Under the pieces are notes generated by a model. The model was not told the DNA's origin. It saw nothing but the letters and a program-made list of their open reading frames with translations, and did not search any database. The position numbers were made by a program, and so were the translations under genes. Positions 29,199-39,138 of a DNA stretch of 49,278 nucleotides are shown here, one piece after another. This DNA comes from Candidatus Desulfovibrio intestinigallinarum (GTDB lineage Bacteria; Desulfobacterota; Desulfovibrionia; Desulfovibrionales; Desulfovibrionaceae), in the NCBI GenBank assembly GCA_019114565.1, contig DXFI01000177.1, forward strand, positions 1-49,278. The letters run 5' to 3'. The stretch's first letter is position 1, and each line of letters begins with the position of its first letter.

Positions 29199-29779
29199 AA
29201 ATGCAGGTAGACGGTCTGACTCTGGACCCGGACACCAAGGCGCCGCTCGTCATTCTGCGTTCCGCGGAAGAGGGAACCTTTCTGCCGCTGCTGGTCGGCC
29301 CCATGGAAGCCATGTCGCTGACCTTCATGCTCAGCGGCGAACAGCTGCCCCGCCCCCTGACGCACGATCTGCTGCTCATGTCGGTGCAGGCGCTCAAGGG
29401 CGCGGTCGTGGGTGTGGAAATCGTGGACATCAGGGACGGCGTCTATTATGCCGCCCTGCTGCTGCGGCATCGCGAAGGCATAACCCGCGTGGACTGCCGT
29501 CCCTCGGACGCCATTGCCGTCGCCCTGCGCGCGGGCGTGCGCATCCGCGTGCACGAAAGGGTGCTGGAACTGGCGCAGCAGGAACGTCGCCAGCGGCATC
29601 TGCGCGCCGACGCCGCCATCGACATGCTGCGCGAGGCCGACGCCCGCCGGGAGGCGGATCGCCTGACGGACAGACTGGCCCGCGGCAAGCCGCTTGACGA
29701 AACAACCGCCGACGCCGAAGCCGCGGGATACGAAAATCTGCTGCGCTCGCTGGAGCCCGAAACAAACCGCAAAATGTGA
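29192..29779 (+). CDS. Bifunctional nuclease family protein (DUF151)
   Basis: LP..VG..EA, PRPLTHDL and DCRPSDAIAVALR motifs. Confidence 0.92.
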   Translation: MVEMQVDGLTLDPDTKAPLVILRSAEEGTFLPLLVGPMEAMSLTFMLSGEQLPRPLTHDLLLMSVQALKGAVVGVEIVDIRDGVYYAALLLRHREGITRVDCRPSDAIAVALRAGVRIRVHERVLELAQQERRQRHLRADAAIDMLREADARREADRLTDRLARGKPLDETTADAEAAGYENLLRSLEPETNRKM

Positions 29780-29786
29780 GGCTGCC

Positions 29787-31190
29787 GTGGCCGCGCCCCG
29801 TCCCATTTCCGTCATGCTCCTGAGCAGGAGCGAACGCCTCGCGTCGGTGGACAAGAGAACCCTGCGCGAGGCCGGGGCCATCACCCGATGGAGCATGACT
29901 TCCGGCGTGGAAGCCGCACGCCTGCTGGAAGGGCTCGCCTCCGGTTCCCGGCCGGAAACGCCCGACGTCATTGTCTGCCATCAGGAGCTGGAAGACATGG
30001 ACGGCGAGCAGTTCTGCGCCATGCTCCGCCTGCATCCCCGTCTGGTGTCGCAACCTGTGCTTCTGCTGCTGGCCAATGACGACGAAGCCCAGCAGATGGC
30101 CGCTCTCGGCTGCGGCGCCAGCGCTCTTCTTTCGCGTCCCTATTCGGTGGAAACGCTCCGCCGCCAGCTCCTCTCCCTGACCGCCTATGCCGCCCATGAG
30201 CGCCAGTTGCAGAAGGCCGCGGCCAATACCGACGCCAGCGCCTTCAACGAAGCTCTGGCGTCCTATGCCATGCTGCTCAAACCGGCGCGCCAGCCTGAAG
30301 ACTACTTCAACGCCGCCCTGCGCTGTCTGGAGGCCGGGCAGTGGAATACGGCCATCGCCGCCTTTCAGCGCGCCCTGCGGGCGGAACACATCAAGGGCGA
30401 GGCCGAACTGGGCATTGCGGCCGCCTACAAGGGCAAGGGCGACAGAGCGCGCTACCGGGCGTGGCTGGCCCGGGCCGCCGACACCTTCGCCCGGGCGCGG
30501 CGCTGGCACAAGGCGCGTTCCGCCTATATGCGCCTGCTTCAGGAAAATCCGCGCGCCCGCAATCCCGTCATCGCCGCCGCCCAGCGGCTGCTGCGTCAGG
30601 GAGATGTGGAAGGGGCCGCGCAGGCGCTGGCCGCCGTCTACGACATCAGCGACGATACGACCCTTGCGGACAAGCTGGCGCAAACCTGTCTGGCTTCGGC
30701 TACGGAGGACAGCGAAGGCGACGAGAATGCCGCGCGTATCCGTGCCGAAAGCAACGAACTGATTGCCCGGCTGGAAAATCATCTGAAAGGCGAGCTCGGC
30801 GACGAGGCCCTTTCCTTGAGCAGTGAAATCCGCCGACAGCTGGATGTGCTCGCCCGTCAGCGGGAAGAACGCCTGCGTCAGGCCGCCGAAGAACGCCGCC
30901 GGGAAGCCGCCGCCTTCCAGCAGTGGCAGGAGCGTCAGGCGGCACGCGACGAGGCAGGCGCACGGGAAGACAGCGGCAGCACGCAGCCCGCTCCCGAAGC
31001 GCCGTCATGGCCGCCGCAGGACAGTCTGCCGCAGCCGCCCCCGTATCTGGAGGAAATCGAGCCCCTGTCCCCGCTGCCGCAGCCCGGTACGGACGCGCAG
31101 GACAGCGGCGTCTCCCGCACGCATCTCTTCAACGACGTACTTTCCGTGATTCGCTGTACGTGGCAGCTGTCGCGACGCCGCAGAAAATAG
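29787..31190 (+). CDS. Atypical receiver domain plus TPR protein
   Basis: PDVIVCH..L.DMDG..PVLLL..G.SALL.RPY receiver fold followed by TPR-like helices; GAGG RBS before the GTG at 29787. Confidence 0.72.
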   Translation: MAAPRPISVMLLSRSERLASVDKRTLREAGAITRWSMTSGVEAARLLEGLASGSRPETPDVIVCHQELEDMDGEQFCAMLRLHPRLVSQPVLLLLANDDEAQQMAALGCGASALLSRPYSVETLRRQLLSLTAYAAHERQLQKAAANTDASAFNEALASYAMLLKPARQPEDYFNAALRCLEAGQWNTAIAAFQRALRAEHIKGEAELGIAAAYKGKGDRARYRAWLARAADTFARARRWHKARSAYMRLLQENPRARNPVIAAAQRLLRQGDVEGAAQALAAVYDISDDTTLADKLAQTCLASATEDSEGDENAARIRAESNELIARLENHLKGELGDEALSLSSEIRRQLDVLARQREERLRQAAEERRREAAAFQQWQERQAARDEAGAREDSGSTQPAPEAPSWPPQDSLPQPPPYLEEIEPLSPLPQPGTDAQDSGVSRTHLFNDVLSVIRCTWQLSRRRRK

Positions 31191-31334
31191 CGCGTTCTGC
31201 CCTTGAAAAAGGCGGAACGCGAGGCGGCGACACACCCCCGCCCGGCCCGAAGTGAGCGGAAAAACCGCGTTTTTCCGCGAAACGACAGACCGTATGGTTT
31301 GAAACGCACAGCATTTCAAACGGAAAGTACCCTA
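31188..31334 (+). mobile_element. Family A element
   Basis: TAGCGCGTTCTG...AAACGGAAAGTACCCTA; starts on the stop codon. Confidence 0.88.
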
Positions 31335-31643
31335 AAAAAATACAGCAAAGCGCCAGCAAGAGGACTCGACCGCGCTTCCAAAGCATGCTAGGTTTTTCTG
31401 TCTCCAACAACATGCCCTTGCAGCAGTTGGACACAAACTCCCCCCGACGCATTCATCCGCCGCACGCAACGGAGGATGACGCCTTATATGTCCGTGGTTT
31501 GAAGAGCAGCCCATCCCGGGCTGGTGCCCTGCTTTCCCCGTGCCGACGGCATCATGAACTTTCTGCTCTTCCCTTGACCTCTTGGGTGTCGGCTTCGGCC
31601 GCCCCCGACAGGGATCACGTCTTTCTCGTCAGGAGGAAAATGC

Positions 31644-33008
31644 ATGGAGTTTCTCAATTCGCTGGTCGGTGATATCAACAGCGTCCTGTGGGGGGTGTTC
31701 GTTCTCATTCCCCTGTTGTGCGGTACCGGCATTTTCTACACCTTCAAGCTGCGCTTCGTTCAGGTTCGCCAGTTCGGCCTTGCGGCCCGCTATCTGTTCG
31801 GCGGCGCCACCCTCTTCGGCAAGAAGGCCGACAAGACCGGCATGAGTTCCTTTCAGGCGCTGGCCACAGCCGTGGCCGCCCAGGTAGGCACGGGTAACGT
31901 CGCCGGAACGGCAACGGCGCTGGTTTCCGGCGGCCCCGGCGCGCTCTTCTGGCTCTGGGTCGCGGCCTTCTTCGGCATGGCCACCATCTTTGCCGAAGCC
32001 GTGCTGGCGCAGACCTTCAAGGACACCGACGAACACGGCCATGTGGTCGGCGGCCCCGCCTACTACATCACCAAGGGGCTGGGTCCCAAGTTCAAGCCCC
32101 TGGCCGTCTTCTTCTCCATCGCCATCATCATTGCCCTCGGCTGCATCGGCAACATGGTGCAGTCCAATTCCATTTCCCAGGGCATGCAGACGGCCTTCAG
32201 CATTCCGCTCATCGTCTCCGGCATCGCCACGGCCATTCTGGCGGGCATCGTCTTCTTCGGCGGCGTGGGGCGTCTTGCCAGCGTGACTGAAAAGCTCGTT
32301 CCCTTCATGGCCGCTATCTACCTGCTGGGCGGCACCTATGTCATCCTGAGCAACGCCAGCCAGATTATTCCGGCCTTCAAGCTCATCTTTACCGCGGCCT
32401 TCAATCCGCAGGCCGTCGCGGGCGGCGCGCTCGGCCTTACCGTGGCCAAGGCCATGCAGTTCGGCGTGGCGCGCGGTCTGTTCTCCAATGAAGCCGGTAT
32501 GGGCTCCACCCCGCATGCTCATGCCATCGCCAAGGTGGAACATCCCGCCGAACAGGGTCTTGTCGCCATCTTCGGCGTCTTTACGACCGTTCTGATCGTT
32601 ACCTTCACCGGTATCGTCATCCTCGTTACCGGCGTGCTGGACTACCAGACCACCGGCATCGAACTCACCCAGAAGGCCTACAACCTCGGTCTCGGCAGCT
32701 TTGGGATGAGCTTTGTCGCCATCTGCCTGTTCTTCTTCGCCTACTCCACCATTATCGGCTGGTACTTCTTCGGCGAGCAGAACGTGCGCTTCCTGTTCGG
32801 CGACGGCGGCCTGCTGCCCTACCGTCTCATCGTCTGCGCCTTCATCGTTGTCGGCGCGACCCTTAAGGTTGATCTCGTCTGGGCCCTGGCCGACCTCTTC
32901 AACGGCCTGATGGTCATTCCCAACCTGATCGCTCTGCTGGCGCTGCACAAGATCGTGGGCAATTCGCTCCAGGATTTTGAACAGAAGCTGACTCAGCCCA
33001 GAAAGTAA
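31644..33008 (+). CDS. Alanine/glycine:cation symporter (AGCS family)
   Basis: SSFQAL..A.QVGTGNVAG, GGPGA.FW, GGPAYY, RGLFSNEAGMG and NGLM.IPN motifs. Confidence 0.95.
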   Translation: MEFLNSLVGDINSVLWGVFVLIPLLCGTGIFYTFKLRFVQVRQFGLAARYLFGGATLFGKKADKTGMSSFQALATAVAAQVGTGNVAGTATALVSGGPGALFWLWVAAFFGMATIFAEAVLAQTFKDTDEHGHVVGGPAYYITKGLGPKFKPLAVFFSIAIIIALGCIGNMVQSNSISQGMQTAFSIPLIVSGIATAILAGIVFFGGVGRLASVTEKLVPFMAAIYLLGGTYVILSNASQIIPAFKLIFTAAFNPQAVAGGALGLTVAKAMQFGVARGLFSNEAGMGSTPHAHAIAKVEHPAEQGLVAIFGVFTTVLIVTFTGIVILVTGVLDYQTTGIELTQKAYNLGLGSFGMSFVAICLFFFAYSTIIGWYFFGEQNVRFLFGDGGLLPYRLIVCAFIVVGATLKVDLVWALADLFNGLMVIPNLIALLALHKIVGNSLQDFEQKLTQPRK

Positions 33009-33033
33009 TGCCCTGACGACAGCCCGCTCTCCC

Positions 33034-33062
33034 GGCCCCCGGCATCCGCCGGGGGCTTTTTT
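33034..33062 (+). terminator. Intrinsic terminator
   Basis: GCCCCCGGC-ATCC-GCCGGGGGC followed by a T-tract. Confidence 0.85.
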
Positions 33063-33070
33063 GTTCTCCC

Positions 33071-33210
33071 GGAGCATTTTCAGTTTGAAACGCTGCGCGT
33101 TTCAAACCATACGGCCTGTCGTTTCGCGGAAAAAACACGGTTTTCCGCTCACTTTGGGCCGGGCGGGCCGGACGCCTCGCGTTTTACCTTTTCAAAGTAG
33201 AAGCGCTCTG
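33071..33210 (-). mobile_element. Family A element, reverse orientation
   Basis: GAGCATTTTCAGTTTGAAAC...TTTCAAAGTAGAAGCGCTCTG. Confidence 0.88.
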
Positions 33211-33486
33211 ACTTCCGAAGATTCTCCGGAAGCGGGCGTTTCCATTGAAAAAAATTTTTTCCTGCCTGACGGACAGATTGAGAAAAAAAGCACAAAAATC
33301 TATTCACATGAAATTGTTAGGATTATAAAGCCTGTCAAATTTATTAAAGAAAAAAGGCACAACGATGACTGAAAGCACAAACAACAAAGGGGTCCTTGAC
33401 GCACACGGGCAAAGCCGCTACCCCGATAGAATGGCGGCATGTTCACGCCATATCCGGCATATTTCAGCAGAGAAGGAGCAGAAAGG

Positions 33487-35553
33487 ATGTCACAGGAGCG
33501 CCTCACCACCTTGTTAACGGAACAGCGCAGCTATCTCCCTCCCCAGCACGGCAAATCGTCTGCCTGGGTATGCGGCAGCGAAGAAGCCGAAGCCCTGTAC
33601 CGGGCTGCTCTGGACGACCCCAACGATTTCTGGGCCGCCCGGGCTTCGCAGCTGCTGCACTGGTTCAAGCGCTGGGACAAGGTACTGGAGGCTGACGAGG
33701 AACGGCATAAGTATCGCTGGTTCACCGGCGCCAAGCTCAACGCTTCGTTCAACTGCATCGACCGCCATCTCTTTTCCGGTCGTCGCAACAAGGCGGCGCT
33801 CATCTGGCAGGGCGAAAAGGAAATGGACGTGCGCTGCTTCACCTACCAGATGCTCTACACCGAGGTCTGCCGCGTGGCGCATGCCCTGAGCTCCCTGCGC
33901 ATCCGCAAGGGGGATCGCGTGGCGCTCTACATGCCCATGATTCCCGAACTGGTCATCGCCATGCTTGCCTGCGCGCGCATCGGCGCCATCCACACCACCA
34001 TCTTCTCCGGTTATGCTGAAGGCGGCGTGCGCAGCCGTATTCAGGGCGCCAAGGCCAAGGTCGTCATCACGGCCGACGCCGCCGTCCGCGCGGGCAAGCT
34101 CAAGCCGCTCAAGGCCAATCTTGATCCCATTCTGGAAAAGTGCCCCTCCGTGGCGCATGTGGTCGTGGTGAATCACGCCGACCTCTACGACGTGAAGATG
34201 ACGCCCAACCGTGACATCTGGTGGCACGATCTCATTGAGGACTTTACTCTCGACGTGGACTTCCCCTGCGAAAGCATGGATGCCAACGATCCTCTGTTCC
34301 TGCTCCACACCAGCGGCAGCACCGGCAAGCCTACGGGCATCATGCATTCCACCGGCGGCTATCTGACCTACGCCGCCCATACGACCCAGTGGATCTTTGA
34401 CATGCGCGACGACGACGTGCACTGGTGCACCGCCGACATCGGCTGGATCACCGGGCATACCTACGGCGTCTACGGCCCGCTGGCTCTGGGGGCCACGACC
34501 ATGATGTTCGAGGGCGTTCCCAACTGGCCCAAACCCGACCGCTACTGGCGCATGGTGGAAAAATTCCGCGTCAACATTCTCTACACCGCTCCCACGGTCA
34601 TCCGCTCGCTCATGCGCATGGGCGAAGCCTGGACGGAACGCTACGACCTCGGCACGCTGCGCATCCTCGGCAGCGTGGGCGAGCCCATGAACCCCGAGGC
34701 CTGGCACTGGTATCACCGGAACATCGGCGGCAGCGAGCTGCCCATCGTGGACACATGGTGGCAGACCGAAACCGGCGGGGCCATGATTTCCCCCTTCCCC
34801 TACGCGACCAAGCTCAAGCCCGGTTCCGTCACCAAGCCTCTGCCCGGCGTGGATGCCGCCGTGCTGCGCGACGGACAAACCCCGGACATGGACACCAGCG
34901 AAGGCCGCCGCTCCGGTCACCTTGTCATCCGCAAGCCGTGGCCCGGCATGATGCTCGGCGTCTATAACGACGAAGAAAAATATCAGTCCTATTTCCAGCG
35001 CTTCGGCTGCTATGAATCGGGCGACGGCGCGGAAGTGGACGAGGACGGCTATTTCTGGATTCTGGGCCGTATCGACGACTCCATCAACGTATCCGGACAC
35101 CGTCTGTCCACGGCCGAAATCGAGGCCGTTCTGGCCTCCTGCCCCGAAGTCGCCGAGGCGGCCGTGGTGCCCATGCCTCACCCGCTCAAGGGCGAAGGCA
35201 TCTATGCCTATGTCGTCACCCGCGACGAAGTGCCGTGGAGCGAGGACGTCCGCAAGAAGCTGCGTGACACCGTGCGCCGGGATATCGGCGCGCTGGCCTC
35301 GCCCGAGTACATTCAGTTTGCCGAGGCCCTGCCCAAAACCTGTTCCGGCAAGGTCATCCGGCGCATGCTGCGCAAAATTGCGGGCGGCACCTACGACGAC
35401 CTCGGCGACACCACCGCTCTGGCCAAGCCCGAAGTGCTCAAGCCCATTATCTTCGGCCACCAGAACCTGATGCTGGGTCAGCATGAAACAGCGTCGGCCG
35501 CGGCGGAGGAGCACGGGCAGGAAAAGGATTCCACTGCGGAAAAGCAGGACTAA
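33487..35553 (+). CDS. acs: Acetate--CoA ligase (Acs-like, with divergent motifs)
   Basis: [47 protein letters not shown] and PKT.SGK motifs. Confidence 0.88.
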   Translation: MSQERLTTLLTEQRSYLPPQHGKSSAWVCGSEEAEALYRAALDDPNDFWAARASQLLHWFKRWDKVLEADEERHKYRWFTGAKLNASFNCIDRHLFSGRRNKAALIWQGEKEMDVRCFTYQMLYTEVCRVAHALSSLRIRKGDRVALYMPMIPELVIAMLACARIGAIHTTIFSGYAEGGVRSRIQGAKAKVVITADAAVRAGKLKPLKANLDPILEKCPSVAHVVVVNHADLYDVKMTPNRDIWWHDLIEDFTLDVDFPCESMDANDPLFLLHTSGSTGKPTGIMHSTGGYLTYAAHTTQWIFDMRDDDVHWCTADIGWITGHTYGVYGPLALGATTMMFEGVPNWPKPDRYWRMVEKFRVNILYTAPTVIRSLMRMGEAWTERYDLGTLRILGSVGEPMNPEAWHWYHRNIGGSELPIVDTWWQTETGGAMISPFPYATKLKPGSVTKPLPGVDAAVLRDGQTPDMDTSEGRRSGHLVIRKPWPGMMLGVYNDEEKYQSYFQRFGCYESGDGAEVDEDGYFWILGRIDDSINVSGHRLSTAEIEAVLASCPEVAEAAVVPMPHPLKGEGIYAYVVTRDEVPWSEDVRKKLRDTVRRDIGALASPEYIQFAEALPKTCSGKVIRRMLRKIAGGTYDDLGDTTALAKPEVLKPIIFGHQNLMLGQHETASAAAEEHGQEKDSTAEKQD

Positions 35554-35695
35554 GGCCGATCTTCCTCCTCTTGTCGGACGCGCGCCGAACCACCTCCCGA
35601 TTGGCGCGCGTCCGTGTCCTGCAATGCTGTTCTCCACAGTGGTTCGCGGGGGAAGGATGTTCCTTCCCCCGCATTTTTTGTATGTTGCTACGCCC

Positions 35696-35824
35696 GGAGC
35701 GTTTTACCTTTCAAAAGATAAAATGCGAGGCGGCAGCCCCCGGCAACAACGGAAAAATCACGTTTTCCCGCAAACGACAGGCTGTATGCCCTGAAGGCAA
35801 CGCGTTTCAAGCGGAAAAGACTCA
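35696..35824 (+). mobile_element. Family A element, degenerate
   Basis: GAGCGTTTTACCTTT..GCGAGGCGGC..AAACGACAGGC.GTATG..GCGTTTCAA. Confidence 0.75.
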
Positions 35825-35828
35825 GGAC

Positions 35829-35863
35829 AAAAGAAAAGGCCCATGCTTGAAAGCATGGGCCCA
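35829..35863 (-). terminator. Terminator after tRNA-Ser
   Basis: GGCCCATGCT..AGCATGGGCC stem with a U-tract on the minus strand. Confidence 0.8.
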
Positions 35864-35897
35864 TATTTCTACGGCCTTGCAGGCCTCTTATCTGCAC

Positions 35898-35989
35898 TGG
35901 CGGAGAGGAAGAGATTCGAACTCTTGGTACGCTTTTAACGTACACACGATTTCCAATCGTGCTCCTTCGACCAACTCGGACACCTCTCC
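35898..35989 (-). tRNA. tRNA-Ser (anticodon GGA)
   Basis: GGAGAGG/CCTCTCC acceptor stem, CACGA-TTGGAAA-TCGTG anticodon arm, long variable arm, GTTCGAATC T loop, GCCA end. Confidence 0.97.
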
Positions 35990-36003
35990 GTGCTGACTTG
36001 GTT

Positions 36004-36032
36004 GTTATATGTGAAAGCCCCGGGCTTGGCAA
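36004..36032 (-). promoter_or_regulatory. Sigma70 promoter of tRNA-Ser
   Basis: TTGCCA-17 bp-TATAAC on the minus strand. Confidence 0.75.
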
Positions 36033-36093
36033 GTCTTTTTTTGCATTTTCTTCATTTTTTTATAATCAACTGAAAAACAAAGAAAAAAACGCT

Positions 36094-36741
36094 CTAGATG
36101 CCGTACACGCCGTTCACCTGTAAATTATAGGCTCCGTTTTCGGCCCGCGACAGGCCGATACGCATAAACAGCTGTTCATAGCGCAGCATGCGCGCCTGCA
36201 GTTCGTTGATGGCGTCCGCCCTGTTTTTGAGGCTTGCCCGATACCAGGCCCACTGCATGAGCGGCAGATTGAACCACTCGCGCTCATTCTGAAAAATAAT
36301 GCGGATGATATGCGGATGCGTCGCGCGATTGTCCGGCGTGAGCTTGACCTTGTTGCGCTGGCATTTGGTGGTTGCCAGCGAGCGCAGGACACACTGCTCT
36401 TCCTTAATATAGCGGTTGTCGTGAATGGTCGTCTGAAATTCACGCGCCAGAGAACCGCGACAGGTCAGCGCCAGCGCCTTTTTCAACGCGCCGCCGCTGG
36501 CGGGGGTTGCCGAAATCAGGCGCTCCATGAAAAAGTCTTCCACAAAGGGGGGGGCTCCGTAAAACTCCCCGTCCATCTCCAGCACCGCCCCGGGCAGAAT
36601 TCCCCTGGCAATACAGGCGCGCTCGCTGAGATAAGGCAGGGGACGGACGTTCTGTCCCGTTGCCATGTCAACGCCCGTCACGTACAGCAGGCCTCCCTTG
36701 CCGTAGGGCGTCAAATCCGTCACGATAATGGAGCAGGTCAT
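36094..36741 (-). CDS. Dual OB-fold domain-like protein
   Basis: IIVTDLT..G.....TGVD..TG..VRPLP N-terminus, PxxED, and L.MRIGLSR....Y.LQVNGVY C-terminus; AGGAGG RBS. Confidence 0.62.
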   Translation of the reverse strand: MTCSIIVTDLTPYGKGGLLYVTGVDMATGQNVRPLPYLSERACIARGILPGAVLEMDGEFYGAPPFVEDFFMERLISATPASGGALKKALALTCRGSLAREFQTTIHDNRYIKEEQCVLRSLATTKCQRNKVKLTPDNRATHPHIIRIIFQNEREWFNLPLMQWAWYRASLKNRADAINELQARMLRYEQLFMRIGLSRAENGAYNLQVNGVYGI

Positions 36742-36916
36742 TCTTTCCTCCTGCGGCGCTGCATCGCGCAGCGCGAAATCGGCTTCCGGCCTTCGGTCGC
36801 CGAATCTGGCTTCGCTCCCCCCTGCTCCGACAGACGTCAGGCATCCTCACGCGCAGCCAGTCTGAAAAATCCAGTCATCCCCTGCCCGGCAGCGTCATCC
36901 GGGAGGGCCTCCGGTT

Positions 36917-37058
36917 GTGAGCACTTTCAGTTTGCACGCGTTGCGTTTCAAACCATGCGGCCTGTCGTTTCGCGGAAAAACGCGGTTCTTCCGCTCATCC
37001 CGGGCCGCGCGGCGCCGAACGCCTCGCGTGCCGCCTTTTTCAAAGGCAAAGCATTTTA
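36917..37058 (-). mobile_element. Family A element, reverse orientation
   Basis: GAGCACTTTCAGTTTG...TTTCAAAGGCAAAGCATTTTA; ends on the rnj stop codon. Confidence 0.85.
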
Positions 37059-38714
37059 GATTTCCGTCACCACAGGCACGACAACCGGGTCACGTTCCAG
37101 CACACGCCGGAAGAAGCGCCGCAGCGACGAACGGATGCCGTCCTGCAGACGCGTCAGCTGCCCGGGACGGACAGCCTCTATTTCGTCGAGCACAAGACAT
37201 TTGGCATCTTCCAGCACATGGCTGTAGCGCTGCTCGAACACAAAACCCTTGGAGAACATTTCCGGCCCGTGCAGGACGCTGCCCGTCTCCGAGTCCAGCA
37301 CAAGCACGACCACGACCATGCCTTCGTCCCCGAGGATGCGGCGTTCCCGCAGCACGGCCGTACCGACATCCCCCACGCCCTTGCCGTCCACCAGCGTGCA
37401 TTCCACGGACAGCGCAGGCTCCAGCCGGAAGCCGTCGGGCAGCAGCGTAATGGGATGCCCGTCTTCCAGCACCACCACATTTTCACGGGGCACGCCTTCT
37501 TCCACGGCCAGCCGCCCGTGCTTGACAAGGTGGCGGTATTCCCCGTGCACAGGCACGAAAATATCGGGATTGACCGTATGCAGCATCTCCACCAGTTCTT
37601 CGCGGTGCGCATGCCCCGAGGCATGGATGGAGCGCACGCTTTCATACAGCACTTCCGCGCCCAGCCGGTACATTTCATTAATCAGACGCGAAACGGCCTT
37701 GGCATTGCCGGGGATCATCCGGGAGCTCATGACGACCGTATCGCCCTCGCGCACGCTCAGCTGACGATGCCCGCCGTAGACCATCCGGGACAGGGCCGAC
37801 AAAGGTTCGCCCTGCGCTCCCGTCACGACCAGCACAAGCTGCTCGTCGGGCAGGTCCGGCACCCCGTTGTGCGCGTTGAAAAAATTGGGCGGCAGCTTGG
37901 CAATGCCCAGATCGCGGGCCATTTCAATATTGTTTGCCAGGGACTTGCCGCTGATGACCACGGTGCGCCCATGCTCCTGCGCCAGATCGAACACTTCCTG
38001 AATACGCTGGATATGGCTTGAAAACAGCGTGATGACAATGCGGCCCTTTGCCGTGTCAAAGACTCTGCCCAGCGAGGCCTTGACCTCGCGCTCCGACAGG
38101 GAATGGCCGTCGCGCTCCACATTGGTGGAATCGGCCATGAGCAGACGCGCCCCCTTGGGCCCCACGAACTCGGCAATGCCTTTCAAATCCGTGGGAATGC
38201 CGCTCATGGGCGTGGGATCGAGCTTGAAGTCCCCGGTATGGATCACGCGGCCCACCGGCGTTTCCACGCCCAGCGCGAAGCCTTCGGGGATGGAATGGCA
38301 GACCGGGAAAAAGCGGAAATGCAAATCCCCCAGCCGCACCCGTCCGCGACTGTCCACGGGGCACAGCTCCACCATGTCCAGCAGCTCGTGTTCACGCAGC
38401 TTGTGCTCCACCAGCGCCAGCGTGAAGCAGGAACCATAAATGCGCACGCCCTTCAGCTGCGGCACAATCCACGGCAGCGCGCCGATATGATCCTCGTGCC
38501 CGTGCGTGAGCACGATGCCGATCAGCTTTTCCTTGATGGCAGACAAGGCCGCAAAATGCGGAATCACCACATCCACGCCAAGATGGCAATCATCGGGAAA
38601 CATCAGGCCGCAATCTATCATCACCACGCCGCTGGCGGTTTCCCACAGCTGGCAGTTGAGGCCAATTTCGCCCAACCCTCCCAATGGCGTTATCGTCAAA
38701 TAGGCTTCGTTCAT
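37056..38714 (-). CDS. rnj: Ribonuclease J
   Basis: PLGGLGEIG.N, THGHEDHIG, HSIP, HTGDFK, DSTN, G.QGEP, HASGH and PVHGE motifs. Confidence 0.96.
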   Translation of the reverse strand: MNEAYLTITPLGGLGEIGLNCQLWETASGVVMIDCGLMFPDDCHLGVDVVIPHFAALSAIKEKLIGIVLTHGHEDHIGALPWIVPQLKGVRIYGSCFTLALVEHKLREHELLDMVELCPVDSRGRVRLGDLHFRFFPVCHSIPEGFALGVETPVGRVIHTGDFKLDPTPMSGIPTDLKGIAEFVGPKGARLLMADSTNVERDGHSLSEREVKASLGRVFDTAKGRIVITLFSSHIQRIQEVFDLAQEHGRTVVISGKSLANNIEMARDLGIAKLPPNFFNAHNGVPDLPDEQLVLVVTGAQGEPLSALSRMVYGGHRQLSVREGDTVVMSSRMIPGNAKAVSRLINEMYRLGAEVLYESVRSIHASGHAHREELVEMLHTVNPDIFVPVHGEYRHLVKHGRLAVEEGVPRENVVVLEDGHPITLLPDGFRLEPALSVECTLVDGKGVGDVGTAVLRERRILGDEGMVVVVLVLDSETGSVLHGPEMFSKGFVFEQRYSHVLEDAKCLVLDEIEAVRPGQLTRLQDGIRSSLRRFFRRVLERDPVVVPVVTEI

Positions 38715-38895
38715 CAATCCTCTGCTTCGCGCACAAACAGCGCCACAGGGCAGACGCGACGCGCCTGCCCTTTCGTCAGTTCCGGGACGTACTGTCGACC
38801 ATGTCGACAAAAATTTTCCGGGGGCTCACCTGCCCCGGCAGGGCCGCTTTCGAATAGCGGCACCCACACGCGCCTCTGCCCGGCGCGTATGCGTT

Positions 38896-39041
38896 TAAAG
38901 CGTTTTACCTTTGAAAAAAGGTAAAACGCGAGGCGGCAATACAGCGCCGCCCGGCCCGAAGTGAGCGGAAAAACGCGTTTTTTCCCGCGAAACGACAGGC
39001 CGCAGGTTTGGAACGCGAAGCGTTCCAAACTGAAAAACTCA
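38896..39041 (+). mobile_element. Family A element
   Basis: TAAAGCGTTTTACCTTTGAAAAAGGTAAAACGCGAGG...AAACTGAAAAACTCA. Confidence 0.88.
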
Positions 39042-39138
39042 GGGAACGCCGCCCCGCGCGGCAGCGTCATCCGGAGCGCGTTCCTTTCCGGCGTCTGCCG
39101 AGGCAAAGCGGCGCGCCTGCCGCAGCAGCTTTGCGGCG

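Noticed and set aside
31005-31319. Recurrent short ORFs such as AFQTIRPVVSRK (also at 16334, 33061, 46944)
   Set aside because: They are translations of the family A repeat, with no consistent start, RBS or frame conservation.
31405-31421. Sigma54-like site (..CATGCCCTTGCA) upstream of the AGCS gene
   Set aside because: The invariant -24 GG is absent.
33400-33440. GGGCAAAGCC before acs as a c-di-GMP-I riboswitch
   Set aside because: It lacks the GGCAAAC..GAAA..GCAAAGC two-stem architecture.
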